Assembly: GCA_037305845.1 (NCBI GenBank)
Contig: CP147778.1
Coordinates: forward strand, 2,176,001-2,240,000
Direction: 5' to 3'
DNA length: 64,000 nucleotides
Origin: Candidatus Freyarchaeum deiterrae
GTDB taxonomy: Archaea > Asgardarchaeota > Jordiarchaeia > Jordiarchaeales > Jordiarchaeaceae
Shown: piece after piece, positions 1 to 9,486 of the stretch
Numbering within the stretch: the stretch's first letter is position 1
How the letters are laid out: each line of letters starts with the position of its first letter
Notes under the pieces: model-generated
What the model was told of the DNA's origin: nothing
What the model saw: the letters and a program-made list of their open reading frames with translations, nothing else
Database searches by the model: none
Translations under genes and position numbers: made by a program

Positions 1-299
1 TGGAGCTTACTCCCGAGGGAGATGTTGTGGTTCACTACGATAATTTGCAGAATGAGGAACCAGATTTGATGATTTCCTCGGAAACTGTGGTGTTTGATGG
101 GGTCATGACTCAGAGGGTTTCTCCAGTGGCGGTCTTTTTGAAGCGGAAGGCTAAAGTGAAAGGTTCCATTAGGGAGTTGAATAAGTTCAGACCTATAATA
201 CCTGAGATGAGCGTTTCTTACAAAAAGGCTAGGGCTCACATAGCGGAAAAGCACGGTTTACAAGAGGCTCTTAAGAAGCTGGACGAAACTAAAATTTAG
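1..299 (+). CDS. SCP2 sterol-binding-domain-like protein (5' partial)
   Basis: Frame is open to the window edge; PDLMIS...FDGVMTQRVSPVAVFLKRKAKVKGS resembles the SCP2 C-terminus. Confidence 0.6.
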   Translation, partial: ELTPEGDVVVHYDNLQNEEPDLMISSETVVFDGVMTQRVSPVAVFLKRKAKVKGSIRELNKFRPIIPEMSVSYKKARAHIAEKHGLQEALKKLDETKI

Positions 300-331
300 C
301 GAAAATTAAATCTAAATATCTTAGAAGAAGC

Positions 332-1576
332 TCAAAAGATTATTTGTAGAACTCTATCTATTTTTTGCAAGTTGGTTTCAGCGGTTCTTGCGTCTTTCAG
401 GCTTAATTTGTTTTGTTCTCTTTGAGTGTTGAGTTTGGAGATGATTTGGAAGAGCTGGTCGAAAGAATCTTTTACATTTAAATCGTTGTTCATGTTCTTT
501 TCAAAACTTGAGATTATCTCTTCGACAAGTTTTTCGGTTTCGTTATTTGATTCGGTTGTTTTTGTTTTCTGCAGGTTATTGACCATATTTTTTAGGGTGT
601 CTAGTTTTTGGCTTGTTTTCTTGAATTTTTCGAAGGTAAAGTTCAACCTTTTTCTATAATTTCCGTAGATGAGGAAGAAGCGTAAGTGTTCTTTTCTGTA
701 GCCCATTTTGATTAAATCGTTTGGGTAGTAGACGTTGCCTATGCTTTTGGACATTTTCTTTCCATCTACGTAAAGGTGTGCGCCGTGTAGCCAGTAGTTT
801 GAGAATTCTTTTCCTGAAACTGCTTCCATAATTGCGATGTTATAGTCGTGGTGTCTCACTAGGTTATCTATTCCTCCGCATGCTACGTCTATGGTGGAGC
901 CTAGGTGTTTGGTTACCATGGCGGCGTCTTGAATGTTCCAAGCGGGTGCACCTCTGCCGATCTCCGTGTCCCAGTAGACTTGGTCTCCTTCTTTATAGCC
1001 ACGCCATAATATGAAATCGCCCTTGTTCCAGGGTGTGCCGGGATAATTGTCCTTATGAAAGCGGCGTTTCTTTTTCGGCCATTTGCTCGTGTCTATCTTG
1101 GAGAGTTTGCCGAATCCTTGGAATTTTAAGGGTTCAAAATACACGTTGCTAACACCTTGATGTTTATACCAGTAAGCGTAGCCTTTTTCAAGAAGAATTT
1201 TGATTATTTTTACGGCTTGGTCAACGGTTGTTGATGAACGAGGATTATATGTTGCTGGTTCAATCCTTAAAAGTTCAGCATCTGCGAAAAAAATGTCTGC
1301 GTTTCTCTGTGTCAATTCTTCTAAGGAAACCTTTTCATTTTCGGCTTCGGTTATTGCCTTGTCTTCAACATCGGTGAAGGTGATTAATCTAGTCACGTAA
1401 TAACCCAGGTATTCTAGGTAGCGCTGAAGCATGTCCTCGAAAAGAAGTGTGCGATAATTTCCAATGTGGGGCTGCCTATATATTGAGGGCCCACACGTAT
1501 ACATTTTGACCTTCTTATCCTCACGTGGCTTGAAAGGTTCAATTTTTCCCGTTAACGTGTTAAATACTTCGAGCAA
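332..1576 (-). CDS. Cysteinyl-tRNA synthetase-like class I ligase, truncated and with altered Zn ligands
   Basis: YTCGP, HIGN and KMSKS motifs; WNIQD replaces WHIEC, HHDYN replaces HHENE; ends without the anticodon-binding tail. Confidence 0.8.
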   Translation of the reverse strand: MLEVFNTLTGKIEPFKPREDKKVKMYTCGPSIYRQPHIGNYRTLLFEDMLQRYLEYLGYYVTRLITFTDVEDKAITEAENEKVSLEELTQRNADIFFADAELLRIEPATYNPRSSTTVDQAVKIIKILLEKGYAYWYKHQGVSNVYFEPLKFQGFGKLSKIDTSKWPKKKRRFHKDNYPGTPWNKGDFILWRGYKEGDQVYWDTEIGRGAPAWNIQDAAMVTKHLGSTIDVACGGIDNLVRHHDYNIAIMEAVSGKEFSNYWLHGAHLYVDGKKMSKSIGNVYYPNDLIKMGYRKEHLRFFLIYGNYRKRLNFTFEKFKKTSQKLDTLKNMVNNLQKTKTTESNNETEKLVEEIISSFEKNMNNDLNVKDSFDQLFQIISKLNTQREQNKLSLKDARTAETNLQKIDRVLQIIF

Positions 1577-1730
1577 GATTCCCTTCCTTCTACCTTGAGA
1601 AATCTTCTACCAAGATATTCTAACTTTATTCATATACAAAGAGTTCTTGACTATTCAAAAGGTTAAAAAGGGAATAAGAACTTTATTGTTTTTCTCAAAT
1701 GTTGTTTATAATTTCTCAAGGGGTTATGTG

Positions 1731-3728
1731 ATGCGGTTATTTTTCCTAAGTTTGTTTCGCAGCTTTTATCGAATCCCCTGTAAGTATCCTATTGGATTTC
1801 CGATTATTGCAGTGGAGGGTGTTTTTCTATACTTATTCTTTAATGGGTTAACTTTTCTGGATAGGAATATAATAGTTCCTCTTTTTCCTTTTTGGTTTTT
1901 CTTCTTTCTAACCTTGGTCATTGATATTGGATTGTATTCCCTTGCTATTCCTAAGAATTCAATTATGTTTCCAGAACTTGGAAGGAAAAACAGGATTTAC
2001 GTGTTTTCTTGTGCTACCGCTGTCACTTTGTTGTTATTGATGGTTTTGGTTTATCCTTTAGTGTGGAGTTTAGCGAATTATCTTGTAGTAGTAAAGTCCG
2101 TAGGAAACCAACTTTTTTCATCCTATGTTTCCTCTTCCCCCGGGATTCTTCAAGACCCCTTTAGACTTTTTAGCGTGTACCAGGGACTAAACGGATTAGT
2201 CTCAAATTCTACGGGGCTTGTCACGGGTTTCACAGAGGTTGTGAATAGACTTTTCTTGGTTGTCGGTCTGCGGTACTTCTATTTGCTGGCAGCTACCGAG
2301 AGGTCGAGCCGAGTTAGATTTCTGAGAATTCCAATAGCGGTCGCTCCTGCCATTTACCTGGTAGAGGTGTTCAAGTTAGCGGGTTCTCCATTTACTTACA
2401 TTATATCGGCTACGATTTACTGTGTGCTGATACCTATACTTATCTTTGAGGCAATAGCTTTGGGAACATCGGCAACTTTTCGTCTTGGTGAAAAGAAAAT
2501 TTGGGTGAGCCAATTTGACATTATTCACAAATTAATAACTTGGGATATTTTGAAGGATTCTCCCCAAGCGGACAGTTTAAGCCTCACAGAGTTCAGCCAA
2601 AAGGTTCGCATCTGGACTGGTGTAGCTGCTTTTAAAGATGATGAGAAGGGAGATTCCTCCCTAATTATCGTTCCTTCGCTTCACCCCGGGCCTTTGCTTT
2701 CTTTTTGTGGTTCCCTACTGTCGTACAAAATTTCTGAAAATTTGAAAGACGATTACAGCATGGTAATGGTTCCTCATTCTCCCAGCACACATGATTTCAA
2801 CCCCAGGTCGGCTTCTGAAATATCCACAGTTGTGAACTCTGTGCGTGGACTCCCTGAAAATGGAAAAATCGAGTTCTACGAGTTCGCCTCACCCCTCTTA
2901 GTTGAGGAAGGTGGTAAAAATGGGGACAAGTTTAGAGTTTTCTGTCAGGCTTTCGGTTCCGGCAGAAACCAAAAGGTTCTAATCTTTTGCGACCTTTCGA
3001 ACGAAAATAATGGCGATATATCTTATGGTGTTGGAAAATATCTTATTGAAGCTGCAAAAAGTGAAGGAGCGAAAGACGCTATAATTGTCGATAAGCATTT
3101 TAACCCTCATAAGAATGAACGCCCACTTTACATGGAAGACCCTCTCGCAGAAGAACTAAAAGAACTGGTGAAAAGAGCTGTTAAAAACGCATTGAAGGCT
3201 GAAAAGGGTAGGATATTCTTTGCTGGAGCCAAAATGACCAGGCAGGAGATAAAAGAGGAGAACAAGAAACTCGCCAAGGAGATTGGTAGAGACGGAATAA
3301 CCTTGTACGTTCTAAAACTAGAAAATCGGGATGAACAATCCGCCTATATTCTCATAGACGCAAATACTGTAGATCCCGAATTAGGAAGAAAAATTCTGAA
3401 GCTTTTCCTTAATAGGGGATTCAAGGAGAATAATATCATCATTATGACCAGTGACACCCACCAAGACCTACTTTTTCTCAATCCGTTCGGCTCTAAAGAG
3501 AATATTCATGAACCAGTCATCACCACGCTGAAAAAGCTTCTAAAACAAGTACCGAAGCCCCGAAAAGCCACCGTATCAATAAATAGAATAATGAGTGATG
3601 CGAATGTGTGGGGCTTATTAAACGGCGAACGCTTCTTTACACTTCTCCTAAGGGCATTCCCAAAAGCGACGGCAGCTTTACTAATCTACTGGATGGTGGC
3701 TTTCATATTATCAATACTCACGCTTTAA
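1731..3728 (+). CDS. DUF2070-family membrane protein
   Basis: N-terminal TM helices, HPGP, HSPSTHDFNP, SDTH, C-terminal TM. Confidence 0.75.
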   Translation: MRLFFLSLFRSFYRIPCKYPIGFPIIAVEGVFLYLFFNGLTFLDRNIIVPLFPFWFFFFLTLVIDIGLYSLAIPKNSIMFPELGRKNRIYVFSCATAVTLLLLMVLVYPLVWSLANYLVVVKSVGNQLFSSYVSSSPGILQDPFRLFSVYQGLNGLVSNSTGLVTGFTEVVNRLFLVVGLRYFYLLAATERSSRVRFLRIPIAVAPAIYLVEVFKLAGSPFTYIISATIYCVLIPILIFEAIALGTSATFRLGEKKIWVSQFDIIHKLITWDILKDSPQADSLSLTEFSQKVRIWTGVAAFKDDEKGDSSLIIVPSLHPGPLLSFCGSLLSYKISENLKDDYSMVMVPHSPSTHDFNPRSASEISTVVNSVRGLPENGKIEFYEFASPLLVEEGGKNGDKFRVFCQAFGSGRNQKVLIFCDLSNENNGDISYGVGKYLIEAAKSEGAKDAIIVDKHFNPHKNERPLYMEDPLAEELKELVKRAVKNALKAEKGRIFFAGAKMTRQEIKEENKKLAKEIGRDGITLYVLKLENRDEQSAYILIDANTVDPELGRKILKLFLNRGFKENNIIIMTSDTHQDLLFLNPFGSKENIHEPVITTLKKLLKQVPKPRKATVSINRIMSDANVWGLLNGERFFTLLLRAFPKATAALLIYWMVAFILSILTL

Positions 3729-3918
3729 AATTGGTTGCATACTCAAATCCAAATTAGAAAAATAATTACCACAAAAAGAAAAAATACATACTGATTCATT
3801 GCTTTTCTTCAGAGTGAAAATGCATAAATTACTAAATTACAAGTTTTTATAATAAAAAAAAAGATAGGGAATCTGAGCTAACAGAGGATCTGTTAGTCGT
3901 TCTTTCTTTCTGGGTGCT

Positions 3919-4152
3919 TCATCTGCTCAGCCGAATCCTTATGCGACCATACGCGAAGATGGCGAATCCTCCGACCCAAACCACAGCCAATCCTATGAGC
4001 GACGTGAAGAGTATAGGCAGTGTGGATACCCCGTTAAGCCCGGTTCCAATCACCATCGAGAGACCCAGACCCACCACGAAAGCGATGACTGTCACTACCA
4101 TTAGTATCCAGCCCCAAAGGCTGAGCCGTTCAAACAACGCGGTATTAACCAT
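3919..4152 (-). CDS. Small two-TM membrane protein
   Basis: Two hydrophobic helices; directly downstream of the surface-protein gene. Confidence 0.6.
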   Translation of the reverse strand: MVNTALFERLSLWGWILMVVTVIAFVVGLGLSMVIGTGLNGVSTLPILFTSLIGLAVVWVGGFAIFAYGRIRIRLSR

Positions 4153-4180
4153 ATCAATCAAGACCTCCAAGCCTCATTTC

Positions 4181-6130
4181 TCACTCACTTTCCGTATTCT
4201 CTTCACTCTTGGACCCACCGGAAGACCTACTGAACGCCTTTCTCAGGCGTGCAAACCGTTCCCTAAGCATAATCAGCATTACCCCAGGAATCTGAACCAG
4301 CATCCGCCTATCTTGGTATCCTATGTAGATGCCTCTCGCTACTACGAAGATTGTGCCAATGGCCATTATACCCAAAGCTACCAGCCCCAATGGACTATAC
4401 TGTATGGATATGTTCGAGATAGGTAACCCCATTAGTGAACCGCTGGGAATCTGAAGAATCGTCGATGACGAAATCATGGGAGTATTGCTAGTGGAAACTA
4501 ATCCCGTTAGACCAACAACACCGTTAATCGCCAACCCGCTAGATGAAATCGTCACAGAGCCTATTACGTTGTTGACTCCGCTGATCAATGTTTGACCGGA
4601 CAATATAATGTTTCCCATAGTAGTCAGGATACCATTAATCGTACCAAGACTTCCCATACTAGTAACACCAATTGTCGTCATGGCACCCGTGATACTCAGG
4701 GGTATCATTAACTGGAATGTGCCGCTCATAGTCACCAAGCCAGAATTTACCACAGTACCCGACAAAGTAAGGTCACCATTGATAACCGTTGGGCTACCAC
4801 TGGTTATCGATCCGTTGTTCATTATCATGCTGCCATCTGTCTGCAAGTAACCATCGGATATGCCAATGGTAACGTTTCCCGTTCCCCTCATCGTGCCGCC
4901 GTTGATATTAAGAGGAGACGCATAAATATCGATAGGTGCCTTCATAAGGCTCTGTCCACTGAGCGCAAAAGAGCCCGTAATAGTCATTGCGCCTGTAAAG
5001 TCTAATTTGCCGTTGATTATCTGTTGCTGAGGTACAAGGGTGATTCCTGCCATGGACAAATTACCGTTTGTAATGTATGTGGAACCCAGTCCCGTGATGA
5101 CTTGAATCGGAGTCACCGCGTCCATCTCCGCTCTTGTAAATTTTTGCGCACCGGGTGTTATTACGATACCGGCCTGTGAGGAGGTGTTAAGGAACGTGTA
5201 GTTAACAAGTCCATTGGCTACCATGTGGATATGGGTGTCTGTCACACTGATATAACCGCTGCTTATTGCGAAAAAGCTACTCGGACCAGTCGGGTCACCC
5301 CATGCTTGGAAAGTAGTGCTTTGATTCCACCACAGGGCGTTAGAAGGCAACGTAGTTCCACCAGGTTGTACAAGACCGCCAGCGCCGTTATCGATCAATA
5401 TTTGAGACGCATTGGCAATGCCACTATAATTTTCTAAACTGACAGTAAGACCTAAAATGGTACAATTTGTGCTGTTGATTGTCATAAGTGGAGTTGAGGG
5501 AAATGTTCCAATGTAAACCGTTCCTTGTAATACTTTTATGGCGGTATTGGTATTTACGGGTAGAGTTGAATTGGTGCCGATGGATCCAATATATCCTACC
5601 CCCTGAGATTCGATTGTTTGGTTGAAATTAGTAACGTTCATGTACATTCCATTGGCTGTTGTTGGATCTCCGACTAGTATGTTTCCATAAAGGTCTACTG
5701 TTGAGGGGTTTCCGCTCATGAGTATTGAGCCGTTTTGGTTGCTGGGCTTGCCTATTTCTATTTTATCTGCGGTTATATTCATTGCTCCCAGCTGAATTAG
5801 TGGGGAGCCGAGAGTTACCTGTTGAGCGTTGGTGAGGTTCAGGTTTCCGTTCAGTAAGGTGCTACCGTTTGTAGTTAAATTTCCATTTATTGACATGCCG
5901 CCGCTGGAACCAGCTAGGGTTGATACAGTGTTTGCGTTGAGGGAGAAGCCGGTTGGGTTATTGGTTGAGGATGGCATAGCGGTTACATGGCTTGGCGCTA
6001 GGGTTGTGGCTAGGATGCCTGTTAAGAGTAGGATTGCTGGGATGAGCAGTAGGATGTATTTGGTTTTGCCTTTGAAGAGTCTAGTTTTTCCCTTGTAGTG
6101 TGCTGAGTTGTTTTTGCTGCTCACTTTCAT
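4181..6130 (-). CDS. Secreted/surface glycoprotein with probable beta-solenoid repeats and C-terminal membrane anchor
   Basis: Signal peptide, G/T/S/N/I-rich body with 6-residue Gly periodicity, many N-x-S/T sequons, C-terminal TM and basic tail. Confidence 0.7.
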   Translation of the reverse strand: MKVSSKNNSAHYKGKTRLFKGKTKYILLLIPAILLLTGILATTLAPSHVTAMPSSTNNPTGFSLNANTVSTLAGSSGGMSINGNLTTNGSTLLNGNLNLTNAQQVTLGSPLIQLGAMNITADKIEIGKPSNQNGSILMSGNPSTVDLYGNILVGDPTTANGMYMNVTNFNQTIESQGVGYIGSIGTNSTLPVNTNTAIKVLQGTVYIGTFPSTPLMTINSTNCTILGLTVSLENYSGIANASQILIDNGAGGLVQPGGTTLPSNALWWNQSTTFQAWGDPTGPSSFFAISSGYISVTDTHIHMVANGLVNYTFLNTSSQAGIVITPGAQKFTRAEMDAVTPIQVITGLGSTYITNGNLSMAGITLVPQQQIINGKLDFTGAMTITGSFALSGQSLMKAPIDIYASPLNINGGTMRGTGNVTIGISDGYLQTDGSMIMNNGSITSGSPTVINGDLTLSGTVVNSGLVTMSGTFQLMIPLSITGAMTTIGVTSMGSLGTINGILTTMGNIILSGQTLISGVNNVIGSVTISSSGLAINGVVGLTGLVSTSNTPMISSSTILQIPSGSLMGLPISNISIQYSPLGLVALGIMAIGTIFVVARGIYIGYQDRRMLVQIPGVMLIMLRERFARLRKAFSRSSGGSKSEENTESE

Positions 6131-6625
6131 ACTCTCTCCTTCTCCGTTTTGTGTCAACTTCTGTTTATTTTGTATTTAAATTTATTGTAAAAATGCCTTA
6201 TCTTTATGTCATTTTTAAAACTGAATTAATTAATTAATACTAAAAATTGGGGTATTTATATTTTATCAAAAATTGGTTTAAAAAATTATGAATTTTTAAA
6301 AATAAGTATGATTTATGAATTTAGTAATTACTCAAAGGCATAAACACTCATCGTGGTTACGGGTTGGAGACGCCACGCTTTTGTTTTTATCCAACTTATT
6401 CACGGATTCCTGTTTACTTCTCATGCTTTTAATCTAGTTTAAACATTTTTGAGTGAAAAAGAAAAGCATCAGAATGCGGAGAGAACAAGGTCGCTTTATC
6501 ACTACGATAAGTCAGTTTGTTTGGAGTTGAGTTATGCCTATGAAACTGAAATAGATAGAAGCTAATAAATCTAGTAAAAGGGTATTTGTTTTGATTTTTC
6601 TTTTGTTTCTGTTTGGTTTGCGTTG

Positions 6626-7141
6626 TCAGGGTTCTTTTTTGGTTTTCTTTGGTATAATTATTTTTGCGCCTTTGTCGCCTACTGCTTCTGTTTTTCCGTC
6701 GAGGAACATTGCTGCTGTTATGCAGCACGCTGTTGCATCTAGTTCGTGTTTGCTTTGGGGTTTGTGTTCGAATCTTACGAATCTTTCTAATTGGTTCTCG
6801 TTTACTTCCATTATTTTGTAGAAGGCGTGTGGAAAAACTTCAATTACGTTGCCTAGTTTTGTTTTCAGTTTTATTGCTCTCCAGGTTAGCTCTTTTATGA
6901 AATTCGGTGGGAAGGCTTGTATTCCTCTGCGGATAAGTTCTCTTTCCGCTTCTCTGTATCCTTCGCTGTAGGTTAGGGGTGCGTCCATGGCTATTAGCTC
7001 GGGGTAGGCGCGGATGGTGCTGTTAATTATTTGTATGTCTGTGTAAACTATGGTGGTTACTACATATCCGTCATCGTAGAGTGCGACTCCTGTGGGATTT
7101 GTTTCCTTTGAAGCTAGGTCTAATCCCACTACAACTACCAA
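6626..7141 (-). CDS. DUF429-family protein (RNase H-like fold)
   Basis: VGLDLA, IAMDAPL, IEVFPHA, HELDA motifs. Confidence 0.8.
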   Translation of the reverse strand: MVVVVGLDLASKETNPTGVALYDDGYVVTTIVYTDIQIINSTIRAYPELIAMDAPLTYSEGYREAERELIRRGIQAFPPNFIKELTWRAIKLKTKLGNVIEVFPHAFYKIMEVNENQLERFVRFEHKPQSKHELDATACCITAAMFLDGKTEAVGDKGAKIIIPKKTKKEP

Positions 7142-7285
7142 TTTTTAAACCTCTTTTTGGAACAATTATTCATATTGTTTAAAAAATACGCCCTTTATAG
7201 GTTATTTCTCCTAAATCAATAGATAAATATATGGCTTTTGTGTGATAATTTAATGATGATTTTAGCGAGTTTTGGGTGTTAGCTG

Positions 7286-7711
7286 TTGACTGTCTACGAA
7301 ATCGGAATCATGAGGGATGGAGTGTTGCTAGTTCTGCGGGAGTACCGTACCACTTCCACTGTGGATAAGGATTTGAAGAGTGCACTTTTCTCCGCCCTTG
7401 AGACCGCGTCTCAGAGTACTTTTGGAGACAGTTTGGATTTTATACAGCTGAAGACCATGGGCATTATATATTCCAAATCTCCTGATGATGAGGGAAAATT
7501 TGTTGTTTACGCTATTTGTGATCGTAACACAGATTTTAAATTTGTAAGGGGCATTCTGTCAAAAATACTCGAACAATTTTTAAAGGATTACTCGGATAAC
7601 CTTGACTCTCCGAAGAGAGCGGATTACACGAAATTTAGAGAAAAAATAGATGTGTTCCTTAAAGATCTCTCTGAGAGTCCAGAGGAACGAGCAAAATCGC
7701 TATTCCGTTAA
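7286..7711 (+). CDS. Longin-like domain protein
   Basis: Predicted beta-beta-alpha-beta-beta-beta-alpha-alpha pattern with DKDLKSALFSAL and ILEQFLKDY. Confidence 0.6.
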   Translation: MTVYEIGIMRDGVLLVLREYRTTSTVDKDLKSALFSALETASQSTFGDSLDFIQLKTMGIIYSKSPDDEGKFVVYAICDRNTDFKFVRGILSKILEQFLKDYSDNLDSPKRADYTKFREKIDVFLKDLSESPEERAKSLFR

Positions 7712-7878
7712 TTAAACAATAATTTTTGTTTTTGCGTGTAACTTCCTTTCTGGGCTCTTTCCTTTTTATCCATTGAATTATACTAATAAAGCGAAAAATA
7801 TTTATCTAATAAGAGCGTTATGATAAGAGACGCACTAATCAAAATTATTTTAAAAATAAATAGGTGCGGTGGGATTAA

Positions 7879-8706
7879 ATGCCGTCTCTGTTGGAATACC
7901 TTCTCATATACTATTTTGTACCTTCCCTGTTTAATATAGTAGTATTCTATCCCTCAATTTTGAACTCAATAATACCCGACTTCATTAAAATGATGTTACC
8001 ACTTGAAAGCAATTACGTGGATTACACACAATTTATAGCAGCATCAATTGTATCAGTCATGGTTCTGATTCTGGGGTATAACATTTACAGGAAGGACCCC
8101 AGTTATTGGCTTAACAAAGTATTTACAGCCTTTTATGTAGGGTTAGCCGCAGCGGCAATTAGTTTCAATTCAGGACTTTTCATAAGCCCCACTGCTTTAA
8201 TAGTTGGAGAACAATTCTTGTTAAGCTTCATTATGATATCTCTAGGGTTACTACTAGTGGTTGCTGTTGGCCTCAATTACGGAGAAGTCCAAATCCTAAA
8301 ACCAAAAACCATTATACCTATAATAATATTTGTTGCTTTGCCTTTAACGGTATTATGGTTATCCGGAACGATAATAACGTGGTTACCGAGTTCTTTAACC
8401 ATAGTGGATGTATCTCCTCCTCACACCGCCTTCTCCGTTTTTACAATATTGTCACTTGGTATTGTCTTGGTAGTGGGTTTGAGTGTGCTCTCCTACTTCT
8501 TAGTAAAAGTTTACCGCGCATCGGAGGGCATAGTGAAAAGACGAATTTTCTTTTTCCTCGTAGGAATCTTGTTTTCTATCCTTGTTGCAGCAGCCTCTAC
8601 CAGCATTGCAAGCATCACAGCCATTCACCTCTTCGACATCGTAACACCGTTAGCACTTTTGGTAGGCTTATCAATAGTATACTACGGATTCGCCATATCA
8701 GAGTAA
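7879..8706 (+). CDS. Multi-pass (about 7 TM) membrane protein, standalone sensor-like
   Basis: About 7 hydrophobic helices; YRKDPSYWLNKVF resembles N-terminal 7TM sensor modules. Confidence 0.6.
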   Translation: MPSLLEYLLIYYFVPSLFNIVVFYPSILNSIIPDFIKMMLPLESNYVDYTQFIAASIVSVMVLILGYNIYRKDPSYWLNKVFTAFYVGLAAAAISFNSGLFISPTALIVGEQFLLSFIMISLGLLLVVAVGLNYGEVQILKPKTIIPIIIFVALPLTVLWLSGTIITWLPSSLTIVDVSPPHTAFSVFTILSLGIVLVVGLSVLSYFLVKVYRASEGIVKRRIFFFLVGILFSILVAAASTSIASITAIHLFDIVTPLALLVGLSIVYYGFAISE

Positions 8707-8826
8707 ACTCACACATTCGGCTACGGTTTTGATGATACTGCTATACGCCATGAACATTGCATACTCCCAATCCCCTAAGTATGTGGGATATAATTAAAAC
8801 CATTTTTTTGGGAAGTCGGAAAGAAA

Positions 8827-9486
8827 ATGGAAAATGACCTACAACAAAGAATAATCAAAGCTATACTTGAAATCGACGAGGAGGAGACACTAAGATTAAC
8901 AAGGAAAGCTCTCAAAGAAAAGGTACCGCCTGAAAAAATAATTGGTGGTCTATCTGAAGGACTAAGGCAGATGGGAAATCTTTTTGAAAAGGGAGAAAGG
9001 TTCATACCGGAACTTGTGATAGCTGCGGAATTCGTTAATAAGGCTTTCAAAATTCTTGAACCACACCTATCCCCCGAAGAAGGAAAAGCCGGAGGTTGGC
9101 GAAGCGTTAAAGTGGTGATTGCTACTGTTGAAGGAGATATTCACGATTTGGGTAAAAACCTTGTCGCCACTATGCTATCCGCTGCGGGTTTTCAAGTAAT
9201 CGACCTTGGAAAAGACGTAGCCGCCAAAACTATTGTTTCAAAGGTTAAGGAAACCAATGCGCAGGTTGTGGGTCTATCCGCCCTGTTAACAACCACCATG
9301 GCGCATCAGGAAGAAGTAATAAAATTACTGATCGAGGAAGGAATAAGAGAAAAAGTAAAGGTTATGATAGGCGGCGCTCCCGCTTCCCAGAGCTGGGCGG
9401 AACGGATAGGTGCCGACGCATACGCGGAGAACGCTATGGATGCCGCGAGAAAGCTTAAGGAAATTCTAGGCGAGGGTGTAAGTTAA
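8827..9486 (+). CDS. Methyltransferase cognate corrinoid protein (MttC/MtbC-like)
   Basis: B12-binding motif GDIHDLGKNLV...SALLT...GGA plus cap domain. Confidence 0.92.
   Translation: MENDLQQRIIKAILEIDEEETLRLTRKALKEKVPPEKIIGGLSEGLRQMGNLFEKGERFIPELVIAAEFVNKAFKILEPHLSPEEGKAGGWRSVKVVIATVEGDIHDLGKNLVATMLSAAGFQVIDLGKDVAAKTIVSKVKETNAQVVGLSALLTTTMAHQEEVIKLLIEEGIREKVKVMIGGAPASQSWAERIGADAYAENAMDAARKLKEILGEGVS

Noticed and set aside
8729-8780. C/D-like sRNA in the gap before the corrinoid gene
   Set aside because: A C-box-like TGATGA is present but there is no CTGA D box and no identifiable target
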